Origin: Cirrosporium novae-zelandiae
Taxonomy: Eukaryota
Length of the DNA stretch: 64,000 nt
Direction of reading: 5' to 3'
Assembly (NCBI GenBank): GCA_026023565.1
Contig: JAPETS010000019.1
Span: 248,001-312,000, forward strand
Every line of letters begins with the position of its first letter. The stretch's first letter is position 1. Position numbers and translations under genes: made by a program. Below are positions 26,524-38,178 of this stretch, in pieces. Below the pieces are notes generated by a model. The model was not told the DNA's origin. It did no database searches and saw nothing but the letters and a program-made list of their open reading frames with translations.

Positions 26524-28556
26524 TGTCAATCTCTTTGTTATTTGGCAATACTTCATGATGGTCATGATATCCAAACGATAACTCTCCAATTTTAGGTATT
26601 TAATGTTTACAACAATGGTTTCATGACATATTTTTTTTTTAATTTCATATCCCCAATATATGCCCATCTACCCTATCTGAACCGAAATAGAAGCTCTCAA
26701 AAAAGATCACTACAGAGATTCCTACCCAATAATAGTCATCCAGATCAATTCCAAAAACCACAAACGTCAATAAATCCCACAAATACGTATTCCAAAAACC
26801 TCTATAAACCCGCATGGGGAAGGTATACAGGCAAGCCATCTAGGCCATAATGATATGTCTTGAATCCCGTTCTACTTCTAATTCCTATCTGTCACAATGA
26901 ATGAACACGGAGGAAGGATATTTTTTTTACAAAGCACTTGTATTCATAAGCTCGTAACCATGAGATTGATGGCTATTAAGTGAATCGGAGGCGTGCGTTT
27001 GTTATGTATAGTACATACGTATGTATGGTGTTGAAAAAAAAGTTGTAGGGTTTTGCTAAATGTTCGAATCTGTTTGTTCTTCTTACCAGCTGCATCCTCT
27101 TTCCCCCATCCTACGTTCTACATTCCATATGTGCTCATCACGAGAAAGACGGAGAAGATGAACACTTATGGAATAATAAGCACCATTTACCTCGAGTTAT
27201 ATTTGGGTAACTATATTCCTTGAATAAATCTAACTATTCTTTTAATTGCTATCTAAACTCTCTACCAACAATATTTTAACTAGGTATACATAGTAGAATG
27301 ACCTACTACACTCTAGCTAGGCATACGGTACTTTAATTGCTCATTCATTGTCCGTAATCCCCAAATTTCTTTTCTCAACTGTAGTAGTATAAAAACTGTA
27401 CAGTACATGAACATGAACATGGGAGGAACTCGAGGCTAGATTTGCGCTCGTAGTTGGATGTTAGATATGTCCTCTGCACTGTACATGTACAATGTTCAAC
27501 GTGAGTCCTAATACTTAGGTACGTACTATGGGCCTGAAGATGATAAAGACCCAAATGAATTAATTATATGCCCTTTTTAGCTTTAGGACCAAATTCAAAA
27601 TTATGGAAATACAGGAAAAACAAAGCCCTGATCACCCCGACAGTACCCCGCATAAACCTCGACGCCACAAAATCCCTTTCCGTGTGGTTCTTCAGCAGGG
27701 ATAGACTCCATAGATATAATGTGCTAAGGCTAGATAGTATTGAGAGCATATTCTTCATAGATTCAATTCTACATCCTTACACCAAATAACATCACCATTT
27801 TCAGATTCACATATGTCCAGGTCAAATAAACCTTGATCAGTTCGAGGTCTAGTCTATTTACAACACTCATACTTTTGCTCACCTCATCTCAAGGGTCTTT
27901 TTGGGCAGTCTTCGGTTCGGATTAGGGCTTCCATCCGGGTTAGGGCTTTTGATTAGAGCAGGGCCTTCAGTCTTGGTGACGTACAAAAAAGTTGTCTTCA
28001 CCTCACCTAAAGCTCCGCCGACAGTCTTTTGGGCTGATTTTATTGGATAATAAGTAACCCTAGGAGGTATCCTAGAAGTTATTGAACGGCATCCGGGAGC
28101 GGATGCAGCGATGACGATATAGAACATATTAAATCTAATTTGCTATATTCAGAGCACCGATTTAAGACAAGCACTATTCCTATAACAATATGCACCACAC
28201 GACCATGACGATCATCTTTTCTACCAACTCAGCGGACAATGCAATGCGGAGGCTCTATTTTGTATTGAAGAATGTATGATTCGGTAAGTTCCTGTGCCGA
28301 ACTATTTAAAAGGAAAGTGGTCGGTCACTGAAGTAAATGACCAGTGAAGGGAATGGACCAGACCGACCAGACCGAACCCCTTGGTCTGGTCGGTCTACAG
28401 ACGGAGAGGCTTGGTCTGGTCGGTCTATAGACCGTCGGTCACATGATATAACAGGGGTTTGATTGGTCAGTCAATGATTATATAATATATAAGTCAAGGT
28501 CTTAGTGAAAGTTTTGGTGTTGACTTTCCCCCTCTCCCTTGCTTCACCAAACAGCG

Positions 28557-28741
28557 TTCTAGCTAGCTAGTTGGGTATATAGCCTCCAGTTTGAATGACA
28601 TGCTCTATTCTAGCTAGCTAGCTGAGCGTGCGACTTCTAGCTAGAATAACATGCTCCATTCTAGCTAGCTAGCTGAGCATGTGGCCTCCAGTTCGAATAA
28701 TATGCTCTATTCTAGCTAGCTAACTGGATATGCGGCCTCCG
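28557..28741. repeat. 51-bp tandem repeat, ~3.6 copies, inside the transposon
   Basis: TTCTAGCTAGCTA recurs at 28557, 28608, 28659 and 28710. Confidence 0.88.
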
Positions 28742-28903
28742 ACTGCTTATTATTCTTAATTTCCAAGCTCTTCCCAATTATAATATGAAATCGTATACGG
28801 AAAGGATTCGAGGCCAAATTTGGGCTTTTCAACACCGGGGAGAAGGCATTTAAGTACATATAGAAGTCAGTAAATGTTTAAATATCTAGAAACCTGCTTA
28901 CTT

Positions 28904-31272
28904 TTATCCTTCCCCCTCTTCTCTTCCCTTTTCCCCCTCTTGAGCTCGCAAGCTCCAATTCCGCAAGCATTCATTTGCTTCAATAATATTTTCACCAAGG
29001 CGATTTCTTGAATCATTAAGAAGATGCTTAGCACTGCTAAATATACGCTCGTATTCAGCAGATATCGCTGGAATAGTCAAAATATCGTATGCCATTTTAG
29101 AAAGGTTTGGATAGAAAGCTTCCTGACTTTTCCACCAATCTAGAATAGTCACCCTTTTTGGTAATTGAATGACAGGAGCTTCGGTGTATTTCGAATATTC
29201 ATTATCCACGATATCCTGATCGACTGAGAGTGGTTGGAGTTCTAAAAAATCATCAAAACTCCGGAAAGTCTCTATAGAAGGTTCAGGGGATATATTATTA
29301 AAATGTTGATCGGGGAGAGACTTATTATAAATCATCCACAGTTCATGAACTGCTATTTGCGCGTTGGTTATCTATGACCGCTTATCCTTCCATTTACGCT
29401 CGAACCAAGCCCATTTTAGGGTAGGGTTCAATACAATAGCAGCTCGATAAACCGATGTTTTGTCAGAAAGCTGGTAATACTTATTCAATTCTAGCCAAGC
29501 GTTGTTCACGAAACTAAGCATATGCTTATAAGATTCATGGTGTTGCAAACGGACTTTTTCGGTTTCGAGAAAATCTAGAAGGTATTCTAGTGCTAATAAA
29601 GACTCCCATATATTTCCATATGAGGTTGTTTGACCATGACCCTGATATCGTTTTGTGACATCCCGAAATGGCTGTAGAAATGCTAGAATAGCGGTAAGCT
29701 TTTCCCAGTCATCGGGATATAAAATATTATCAGAAGGAAGGGGGATATCGCATTTGGGCTTGCTAGAAGCTCTCATCGAATATAAATCTATTCGATTTCT
29801 CAATTTCATAGCCCGCTCAATGAAAATGCAGGTAGAATCCCACCGAGTGATATTATCCTGAATAACCATGAGATTGTCAAAGTTTTCAGACTCCCCAGTT
29901 TCAATGGATGAAAAATCATCCATTCGTTGAGGCGTTCGGCGAATATATACTACGATATTATGAAGCTTGCCCACCGGTCCACGTTTTCGCCAAAGCGCGG
30001 TCTCTTGTTCTAGCTGTTCTAGTTGAATAACCATGTCATTTTCGACCTCAAAAGCCTCAGGATTTGTACCGAAAAGGAAAGATTTAACAGTGAGATTTAT
30101 AATATGCCCGAGGCATCGAAGACGCCGCTGCTCAGAAGTGCTAGATAGATGAAGCGTTTTTATCAAAATTCTCACGCATGTATTATTGGAAGACGCGTTA
30201 TCTAGAACAAAGTAACCTACTTTGTCCTGGATATTGTATTCTTGAATAAGATCTAGAATCGCAGTCAGTTTGGTGATAAACTCGATAAAATTGAAGATAT
30301 TCATATTTATCAGCGCGTTGGCCATATTTTCCCCTGTATGAGAGCCCTTGAGACGCCGTAGCCCAAGCAATCGGGATGTATTTTGATGGTGTTGAGGATC
30401 TAGATAATGACCAACAACCCCTAGAATCGAGAAATGATTAGGTGATGTCCAAAGGTCAAAACTAAGATGAATGAGGCTTTTGCTAGCTCGTAGTTGAGTT
30501 TTCAAAGCCGTTTGTTGAACCCGGAATTCGGATAATATCCATTGGCGAATTGTATGATGATCGCGAGGTAGAAGAGATGTTATATCTGAATTCAAAGTCA
30601 TCAAAAACGTACGGAATGAGTCACTTTCAACCTGAGTAAAAGTAATATGCATGCTCACAATCCACTGAATAAGTGAATGTTTGAATCTAGCTGCATTTGT
30701 TTTTATATGCAATGAAGTAATAGGCTGATGTTGAAGCTGAGTCGTTGACCTCACCACAGTCTTATCTAAGGAAGTTCTAGGCTGGGGGATATCGCCGTGT
30801 TCATCGATTTTATGATATTCACGAAGATGGTGAGCAGCATGAGTAGTAGTATTCATCGAATATATTTTTATTTTAGGATATTTTCGAATGAAGCCTTGAT
30901 AATCAATCAGTTTCCAAGAACGAATTCTAGAATAGCAAGTCACATACATTTATCACATCTCCATTTTCGAATTTTGATGTCTCGTTCATTCACCAAAATC
31001 GTACCATGTCGGTGAATCCATGAGGTCGTATCATTTCTAGCATTATATAAATCATCAGCTAAAAGGTAATAGTTCTGATCGATTTTGAATCGTTTTTTCG
31101 AAATATCAGGATGGGTGTTATCTGGAGCTTCGTGGCTTGAATTTGGGGTTTCTTGGTTTGAATTTGGAGCTTGAGATGAGGTTGAAACTGAAGAAGAGGA
31201 TATATCTGAAGAATTTGCATGAATTGGGGGTGATGAGTTGTATTCAACGCGAATAGTCGATCTAATAGACAT
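28904..31272 (-). pseudogene. hAT transposase (BED finger, DDE core, hATC dimerisation domain), inactivated
   Basis: Intron 30947-30895 (GTATGT..CTGAT..AAG) restores the BED finger WRCDKC..HLREYH. Motifs LSFDLWTS, LDNASSN, RCLGHIINL, TRWDS, WWK..YPNLSKMA, SAEYERIFS. Premature TAG at 29374-29372 with the frame continuing to 28904; second intron 30306-30253 has an AT donor. Confidence 0.9.
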
Positions 31273-31731
31273 GATGGTGGTGGGGAAGATGGTGATAGGG
31301 GTGGTGATGGGGGTGTTGAGGGGGGTGTTGAAGGGGGTAGTGAGGATGAGAGTGATTAAAGAGAGTACTATACAAAAAAAAAGCTAAGTTGGTTTCATAT
31401 TTCTCGAGTTAAGGCTAATTTGACTAGGTAATTAGAGAACCCATATTCCAAGGCTCCTTACCCCGAACTTCTCCCGAACTCCCTCCCCCCAAACCCCCCT
31501 CGAAAACCTCAACACCACAAATTCCCCCCCCCCCACCTTATATGTGTATTTATATAGACCAAAATAGACCTTGGGCAGTCAAGGTCTGGTCGGTCTATGA
31601 AAAAGCTTGGTCTGGTCGGTCTGGTCGGTCTGGTCGGTCGGGGTCAGACCGTCTATTTGGTCTGGTCCATTCCCTTCACTGTAAATGACTAGCGGTATGG
31701 AATAAAATCATGGCAATGGGGCATTTGGATG

Positions 31732-31739
31732 TATATAAA
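31732..31739 (+). promoter_or_regulatory. Candidate TATA box of the PhlG-like gene
   Basis: TATATAAA ~190 bp upstream of ATG 31927, followed by a pyrimidine-rich tract; 50 bp from the transposon end. Confidence 0.5.
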
Positions 31740-31926
31740 GTCTGGTTCAGCAGCATCTTGAAAGACTCTCTTTTTCTCTTTTTCTGATATTATCCTCCTG
31801 AGTGATTGCCTGATTTTATTTTTCATCTAGCCCTCGGGACATTTTCTTCAGTACGTCTAAGTCGACTGCCCATATTTCAATCGTTGCTTTTACCTATTTA
31901 ATCATATCTCCATTCCTATCTGAACT

Positions 31927-33178
31927 ATGCGTGTCGGAACATTGCTACCCGCCATTCTGGCGGCGTCTGCTTCAGCTGCCTACATCAACAAGCGTCAACT
32001 CGCCGCCACGCCTTCAGCTTCCGTGGCCATTGCAACCCCTACGTTTTTGTCAAACTCAAGTGACATCTCTGTGGACATGGAAGACTATCAACCTGATGCT
32101 GGCCAGTACTATCTCGGCTACCGCGAGACTGATTTCGCAAAGCCTTATGCTAAGTATTGGAACCCTCGTGTTGCTCCCATCAGCGATGAGGTCATGTACG
32201 GCCTTGTGTCAAGCCCCTGGGCTGCCGGATTGAGTAAATTCTAGGGCCATTCTGCTGTTTGAGAACATGGAAATAACTTCTTCAAAGCTTTCGAGGCGAA
32301 TGAGGCCTACGACTACATGACTCGCCCTGGATACCTGAGTTTGGAAAATGGATGGGCAGTTACTCTCAATGGAACCCTGATGATTGCTGTGCGTACTGAA
32401 ATCCCGTTTAGTAAGTTAGTCATTTCCCATTCTTCGTCCATTCTATTGACATAACTGATCCTTTCAGTTACCGGAGAAGCTTATAACTGGTGGTTTGCCT
32501 GGCATTTGGTCGAGACGGCTCGGTAATACGTCCTTCTTTGGATTAATAGCTCGGCATTACAAAATACTAAATAAGTCTATAGATACAAACTCTGGAACCC
32601 AGTCGCACACCAATACACCTGGCGCTACCCCTCACATCTTAGCTGGGCTAACAAAACGTATGCAGAACAGTACATAGGAACAGTGTCCTTCATTGATGAG
32701 TATATCGGCAATGATGCCTCCAAACTAACCGTCGCGTTCATTGATCCATCGGAACTTGGATTCGACAAGGAGAAGTTCGACGAACAGGATATTGAGTCGA
32801 TTGTTACAGCACATATCGTTTCTGGTGGTATGTTTTGTAGATTTCCCCCCTCTTACGATTTACAAGAATGCTATGCTAACGAATCTTGATGATCTAGCGC
32901 ACGTAACTTCAGGGTGGGACAATAAATCTTACCTGATGCACGAGGTGCGCCGTCTACCCAACGGACTGAAAGAACTTCGCTCTCGGTTCTGGTTGGCGAA
33001 TTATACAGACCAGGTGGCTCATGATCTAGCTGTCCATTGCAATATCGAGATGACTCGTAAGTGAACTGCCAATCGTCATTCAGTGGTAGAAGGATAGCCT
33101 TTCTAACAACACATGTACTGTACAGATCTGAATTCTTTCCTCCCAGCCATTTTCCAGGAGTTCAAAGGTACTCTCTAG
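31927..33178 (+). CDS. Secreted PhlG-family (2,4-diacetylphloroglucinol hydrolase-like) protein; ~6 exons
   Basis: Signal-peptide-like MRVGTLLPAILAASASA. Spliced product has YLGYRETDFAKPYAKYW, GYLSLENG, WWFAWH..RYKLWNPVAH, SFIDEYIG, HEVRR..ELRSRFW, HCNIEMTHLNSFLP; stop at 33176-33178. Confidence 0.85.
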
Positions 33179-33708
33179 AGTACCAAGTATGGATTGAGGT
33201 GTAACCGTTGGCCTCTATCCTCGCAATTTATTTTTGACGTCGAAACTAGGGCTGGAGCTCTATGATAAGGGCTTCTGGATGCAAAGTAGAAATACTGGAA
33301 CGATGCTAGAATTGATATAAAAAGTATCTTCCACCAAAAGATGGATTATTTCCATACTAGTACCATTAAAAGAAACCGCAGCAATCCTCAGCTTAACTTT
33401 TCTGGGTGAATGGGGTTATCACTTTTCGCTACTAGTTTGAGGCTGGCTCCCCTTGACTTGGTTCTCAGCTACTGTAACAGCTAGAACGGACTACCGATCT
33501 CCCTATCCATCACATCCTCCTTAATCACTTTTCTTCTCCCACAGTACAGATTTACAACCATCCCATCTCCTAATATTCTATTTTGTGTGGCAAACGTTTA
33601 TTTTATTTTTTTGGTTCATTCACGTGTTGGCTACCATGCACAACCACCTACTGTATTTCGCTTTCTTAGAATAAAACTTTCCCCCCGCCTCAGTAATATA
33701 CACACGCG

Positions 33709-33778
33709 ATAGATCGACATAGATCTTGGACAGTCAAGGTCCAGTCGGTCTGGCCGGCCTGGTCCATTCCCTTCGCTA
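33709..33778. mobile_element. Degenerate solo copy of the hAT right end
   Basis: atagatcgacatagatcttggacagtcaaggtccagtcggtct..ctggtccattcccttcgcta aligns to atagaccaaaatagaccttgggcagtcaaggtctggtcggtct..ctggtccattcccttcactg (31554-31681), same orientation. Confidence 0.8.
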
Positions 33779-35659
33779 ACCATAATAATCCGCTTAAACG
33801 GTTATTCATTCACCTTTTAATTATAATGCATACCCGTGACAGGTAGGCCTTGAGATGAAAAATTCAATTTTTTTTATATATACTCACAATGTTTTGTATT
33901 CACAGGCTTTGGGGGAGGAGAGACCTCCAAATTATATAAGTTATCATTGAAAACCGATTCTTTGTTTTTACAAAAGTCTTTTTCTCTCTCAGGGGTCACT
34001 TAACTGAAAAGAGCTACTTTTATCTAGCTCTCAAGGGTCCGTGCCCTGATTCATCACATGGCTTAAAGTAAATGCGCAACCTCAGCTCTGTAACAAACAC
34101 AGCCATATGAATATACATGGCGACACATTATTACTTTCAACGAGTTAAGAAATGAAGCCAACTAGCCAGACCGACCGACCACTCCAAAAATGAAACCAGT
34201 AAAAGAATAGATCATCTTTACAACTCAACTTTTGCATTTGGGCTGCTGCTACTTGGGAAAAAACCTTTTGGCCAAAGTGACCATAGGAGTACCTCCTTAC
34301 ATGAAAATGGAAAATTTCAACACGTACCTTAGGTGCCTTCCTTCCGTGATCATTGGCAACAGAATGGGAGAAGATAGGTGCAATACCTACCCACGTCCTC
34401 GCCATAAGAAATGAAGATTCTCGGACAGGAAGGGAAACTTGCAATTCTACAGAGATATATTATAGTTCAATTTCTTTCTTACTGTTGCATTTTTTCGAAC
34501 GCTAAAATCTGAAAATGTCGACGCAAAACTTTTTTTCAGAGAAATGGCACTATCATTGGCCACCTAACTTCACTAATTGGATGGGTTATCGGAAAGCTCT
34601 TGGACTGGCTCTTTTTAGAAGCCACCCGCCCAGATAATCGCATCATCCGGGCTATCGCTTTCTGGGAGGCTGGCCTGGACGGGGGACCAGGCCATGGAGG
34701 AGATTAGGGAGGTGGTACAGGAGTACAGGTGGGGTGGTCTCTGGAACGTTGCGATTTTTCCTGTTTGTGTTTGTTTTTGGAATGGTGTTTGTGCGGTTGT
34801 GAGTTTTCTTTGGAATTCTGTTGGCCTACATTTCTAAGCGATGTGGCGTTTGTGTCGGTTTGTTAAGCATGTGTGGGTGTTTGTGGCTAATTGTTATGCC
34901 GATGTTTTTGAGTTGAATGTTGTGCGTGGTTTGGTGGAGCGTTTAAGGAACATGGGACTGCGCTGATTATTTTTTACAAACTAGGGCAGGGAGGGAGGCA
35001 ATATATAATACATAGCATGCATGTTCGGCTAGGAGGGAGGGCTGGTGCTGATTATATCAATATTATATGAACATTCTTATTGTCAACGATGGGCCTGCAC
35101 CTCTGCGTGGTGCTGACGACTATTGTACCCATTATGGGGAAGCTAAGTCAGGCTCAACCCCATTTGACACCAAGCAAGGAAGATGAGTGTCCCTTTATGT
35201 GACGTTGAGATGGGAATACAGATCCAAGTGAGCAGGTCCTAAATGATGGCTAATATATCACATGGGTCTCAGATGAACACACTATCGAACCCCTTCAGGC
35301 TCTTCGATGAGATGGGCCTTGGTACAATGTCGTCAAGAGGAGGAATGATGTTGAATGAAGAAGAGTATGTTTGTATGAGAGTTTTTCGGTAATGAAAGAG
35401 GAACTGAGTGACAGGATTTCATGAAGTATAATTTTAAGAGTACATATGAAAAGGTCCGAGGGAGGAGTGGCTATAAGCGAGGTAGGACCTTACAGTACCT
35501 TAGGCGAGATCTTTTCTAGGAGTATATATTACAGTGGCTTCTGGCTTTCAATTCCTCTAAGCTACTTCATCTACAAATCCCTTCCCCCCATAAAAGTATT
35601 GAATTTAAACCCTTCTAGACTGCGTTTTTTCCGTAGCAATGTACTTAAGTACACAAGAT

Positions 35660-36552
35660 CACTATGATAGGATATCCAGTGACGATGCCAGCTCCTTGAT
35701 CCCCTCAGGACATACAGTTGGGATACTCTCCCTTCCCACCAAAGCTCAAGCCAAAATAAAGCAACATCTCGATCCCGTTTCCCGAATATGCCTTTCGGCC
35801 ACCTCCCGTAAGATGCGTCAGGTCTTCGGGTCAACTACTCCTCGAAACACTCTAAGCCCATGTGAGAGGTGAATACTTCACGTGCTATTCGAAACCTCCG
35901 ACAATCTCATTGCCGGGAATAATCCCTTGTCCAATCCCAAAGGTAAGCATCATCGAACGGCGACAGAAAAGCAAAAGCAAAAAAAGGAAGAAAAAGTACA
36001 TGTGTGCCCTGTGTGCAAAGAGAAACTCCATTCTACTGCTCTCAAAGGCCGGCACATAAGCACAAGTTGCAACGTCTCATATTTGAAGCTAGAATCCCAG
36101 GATCCCCGCGGTCGTCTCTGTGCACCGCACTGGCTTGACAGAGGAGTGCATGTCCAAGAGGGTCTTCACTCCCGAGGAACAAAAACCGGGCACCTTATCG
36201 GCCAAAGAATCCTCTTTGCAAATCCGGTGGGTCCTTGAGGAGGGGGGGGGGGAGGACATGTGTCTCCACTGTGGAAAGCTAACGTATCTTGGGGGCTGTC
36301 ATTGTATGTGTGCAGTCTGTCCGATTCATCCGGTCCGGGGTTTTGACGAGGTATAGACCGATACTTCCATCGAGTAAAATATTAGCAGAAAAGCTTAGGA
36401 ATATCGATCCAGATTCCAAGGATTTTAACATACTTGTCAGCATCTGGAAATTTGGCGGCTGCGTGGTTGTTAGGGAATTTGTGTACCAACGAAGTGAATC
36501 ACCACTGTTTCGGGGTTTGAGAGGGAAGGAATATCCGATTGAATATCGGTAG
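35660..36552 (+). pseudogene. Fragmented F-box-like / Cys-rich hypothetical gene
   Basis: ILSLPTKAQAKIKQHLDPVSRICLSATSRKMR looks like an F-box. Cys/His motifs (CPVC, CLHCG..CHCMCAVCP) lie in successive different frames separated by stops and shifts. Confidence 0.4.
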
Positions 36553-38178
36553 TACGTGGGCAATTGGGATCGGAAGGGGTTAGAGTAGGCGTTTTGAATT
36601 AACTTTAATATCCAGTCTTTTATCAATCAAGTCGCCTGATAAAATGTATTTGTGGATATAATAATGAGACTATCTGCTCCTTAGAAACTAATCTTAACAG
36701 TATTGACAACATAAAATTTAATAGGGGACAAGCATAAAATGTCCTAGCCGTAGACTCTATAAACAAAGCTATTTATTCTTAAGATATTTATACGTGTGTT
36801 AATTGTCAAGTTACTAATTTGAGCAGATGACTCTACCTAGGACACGAACTTCAGTTAGTATCATTAGCAATAAATCAATCCAGTCACTAGCAAGTTATTA
36901 AGGCAAGATTTTTTGACCTCGACTAGCTAAACTATCAAAGTATCTAACTATGTACCTGGATAACTAATGACTATATGGTGGTAAGTCATCTTACGACCAG
37001 TAAGCTGCTCGGCAGTGTCAATGAAGACTGCAGATAGCTGTTGAGAATGCTCGAATGAAAGCGTAGCAGTTGTAAAAGGTACTCCTGAATTAATATTCTC
37101 AAGATGAGGGAGCAATAGAAGTGCTCGAATGACGGTTATCAATCTAGCTGTTCTAGAGCGAAGCGTTGTCTTCTAAGTGCAGTGAAAAGGCCAGTTACAG
37201 TACCGATTGGAATACTGAGCTGGACTTCTGTTTGAACGAGATGCTCTGCTTTGAAGAACAAGGTTATCGTGAGGACATGTTGGAAAAGCGATGGCTATCC
37301 GAGTAGTGGATGAATTGTTTTTAAATGCAGTGAGAAGGTTCGTTGTTGGACCGGAAAATCGCCGATGTAGTTGTTCGAGGACCTTGTGAAGAGCTTGGAG
37401 GAATTGTAGGAGCTAGCTTGCGTGCTTCAATTGGTTTTGTATAGGGAAAGTTATAAAGGAAGATGATGGCTTTGCACCATTCTAAAGCAATATTAGTAAC
37501 CTATTCTTAGACAAGGACTAAGCTAGACTCACTAATGGAAATTGGTAGCAATGTGTGAATTTGGATGGTTAGAGAAAGGAGTAATTGTGGAAGTGTGTGA
37601 AGGTGAAGACTTGAAGAATGTGTTGCAACAACTGTAGAGAACAAAGCAACACATTTGGAGGCTGAGAGGAGCTTGATGAATCACACATGAAGTGGAGGAA
37701 TGAGGTAACAGAAAGTAGTTGGCCAAGAGCAGTTGTAAAGGTGATGGTTGTTTTCGTTGAGATTGGTGGGCAAGGGAAGTATTTATAAAGGCTTAGAGGC
37801 GTGTTTTTTTCTTAGCATGTATTGTATCGGGGAAGGAAAGATGATATCTAGGGGGGAGCTACCCAAACTAAGCAGCGAGGTGACAATCAACCGACATAAG
37901 AAGGCAGGAGTTTTCATATTATCAACAGGTATTATGGACTATGCAATACCTTATGTGACGTTCTACGAAATTCTTTGTGGGAGGAATATAGTTGTCACAT
38001 AGGCTTCAACGCTTAAACCTCCACACTGGTAAAATCGGTGAACGTACCTTCCTATCTAATGCATCTTGCGGTAATTGCGGGGCGGCGGGGAAAGATACTT
38101 GAAGGTGAATTTAGATTGAACTTCTCTACCACCTAGGACTTTCTCTTATCTCACTCCATCTAAGTAGTTGATTCCGGA

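Larger units (their letters stand above)
28342..31681 (-). mobile_element. Full-length hAT-superfamily DNA transposon, 3340 bp
   Basis: Perfect 23-bp TIRs CAGTGAAGGGAATGGACCAGACC (28342-28364 and 31659-31681). Identical 8-bp TSD TAAATGAC at 28334-28341 and 31682-31689. Subterminal TGGTCGGTC/TGGTCTGG repeats at both ends; internal transposase. Confidence 0.96.

Noticed and set aside
27564..28127. Minus-strand ORF fragments with a possible intron
   Set aside because: Interrupted by stops; no identifiable homology.
28557..28741. CRISPR-like regular spacing
   Set aside because: The whole 51-bp unit is similar between copies (no unique spacers); eukaryotic context, no cas genes.
30895..30949. 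Apparent frameshift between the two transposase ORFs
   Set aside because: Explained by a canonical 53-nt intron that restores the BED zinc finger.
34165..34700. GACCGACCACT (inverted match to 28317-28327) and TE-like sequence nearby
   Set aside because: An 11-bp match is too short to define element ends; no TSD found.
36948..37726. Short minus-strand ORFs downstream of a TATA-like site
   Set aside because: Could be a decayed gene, but no continuous frame or family can be supported.
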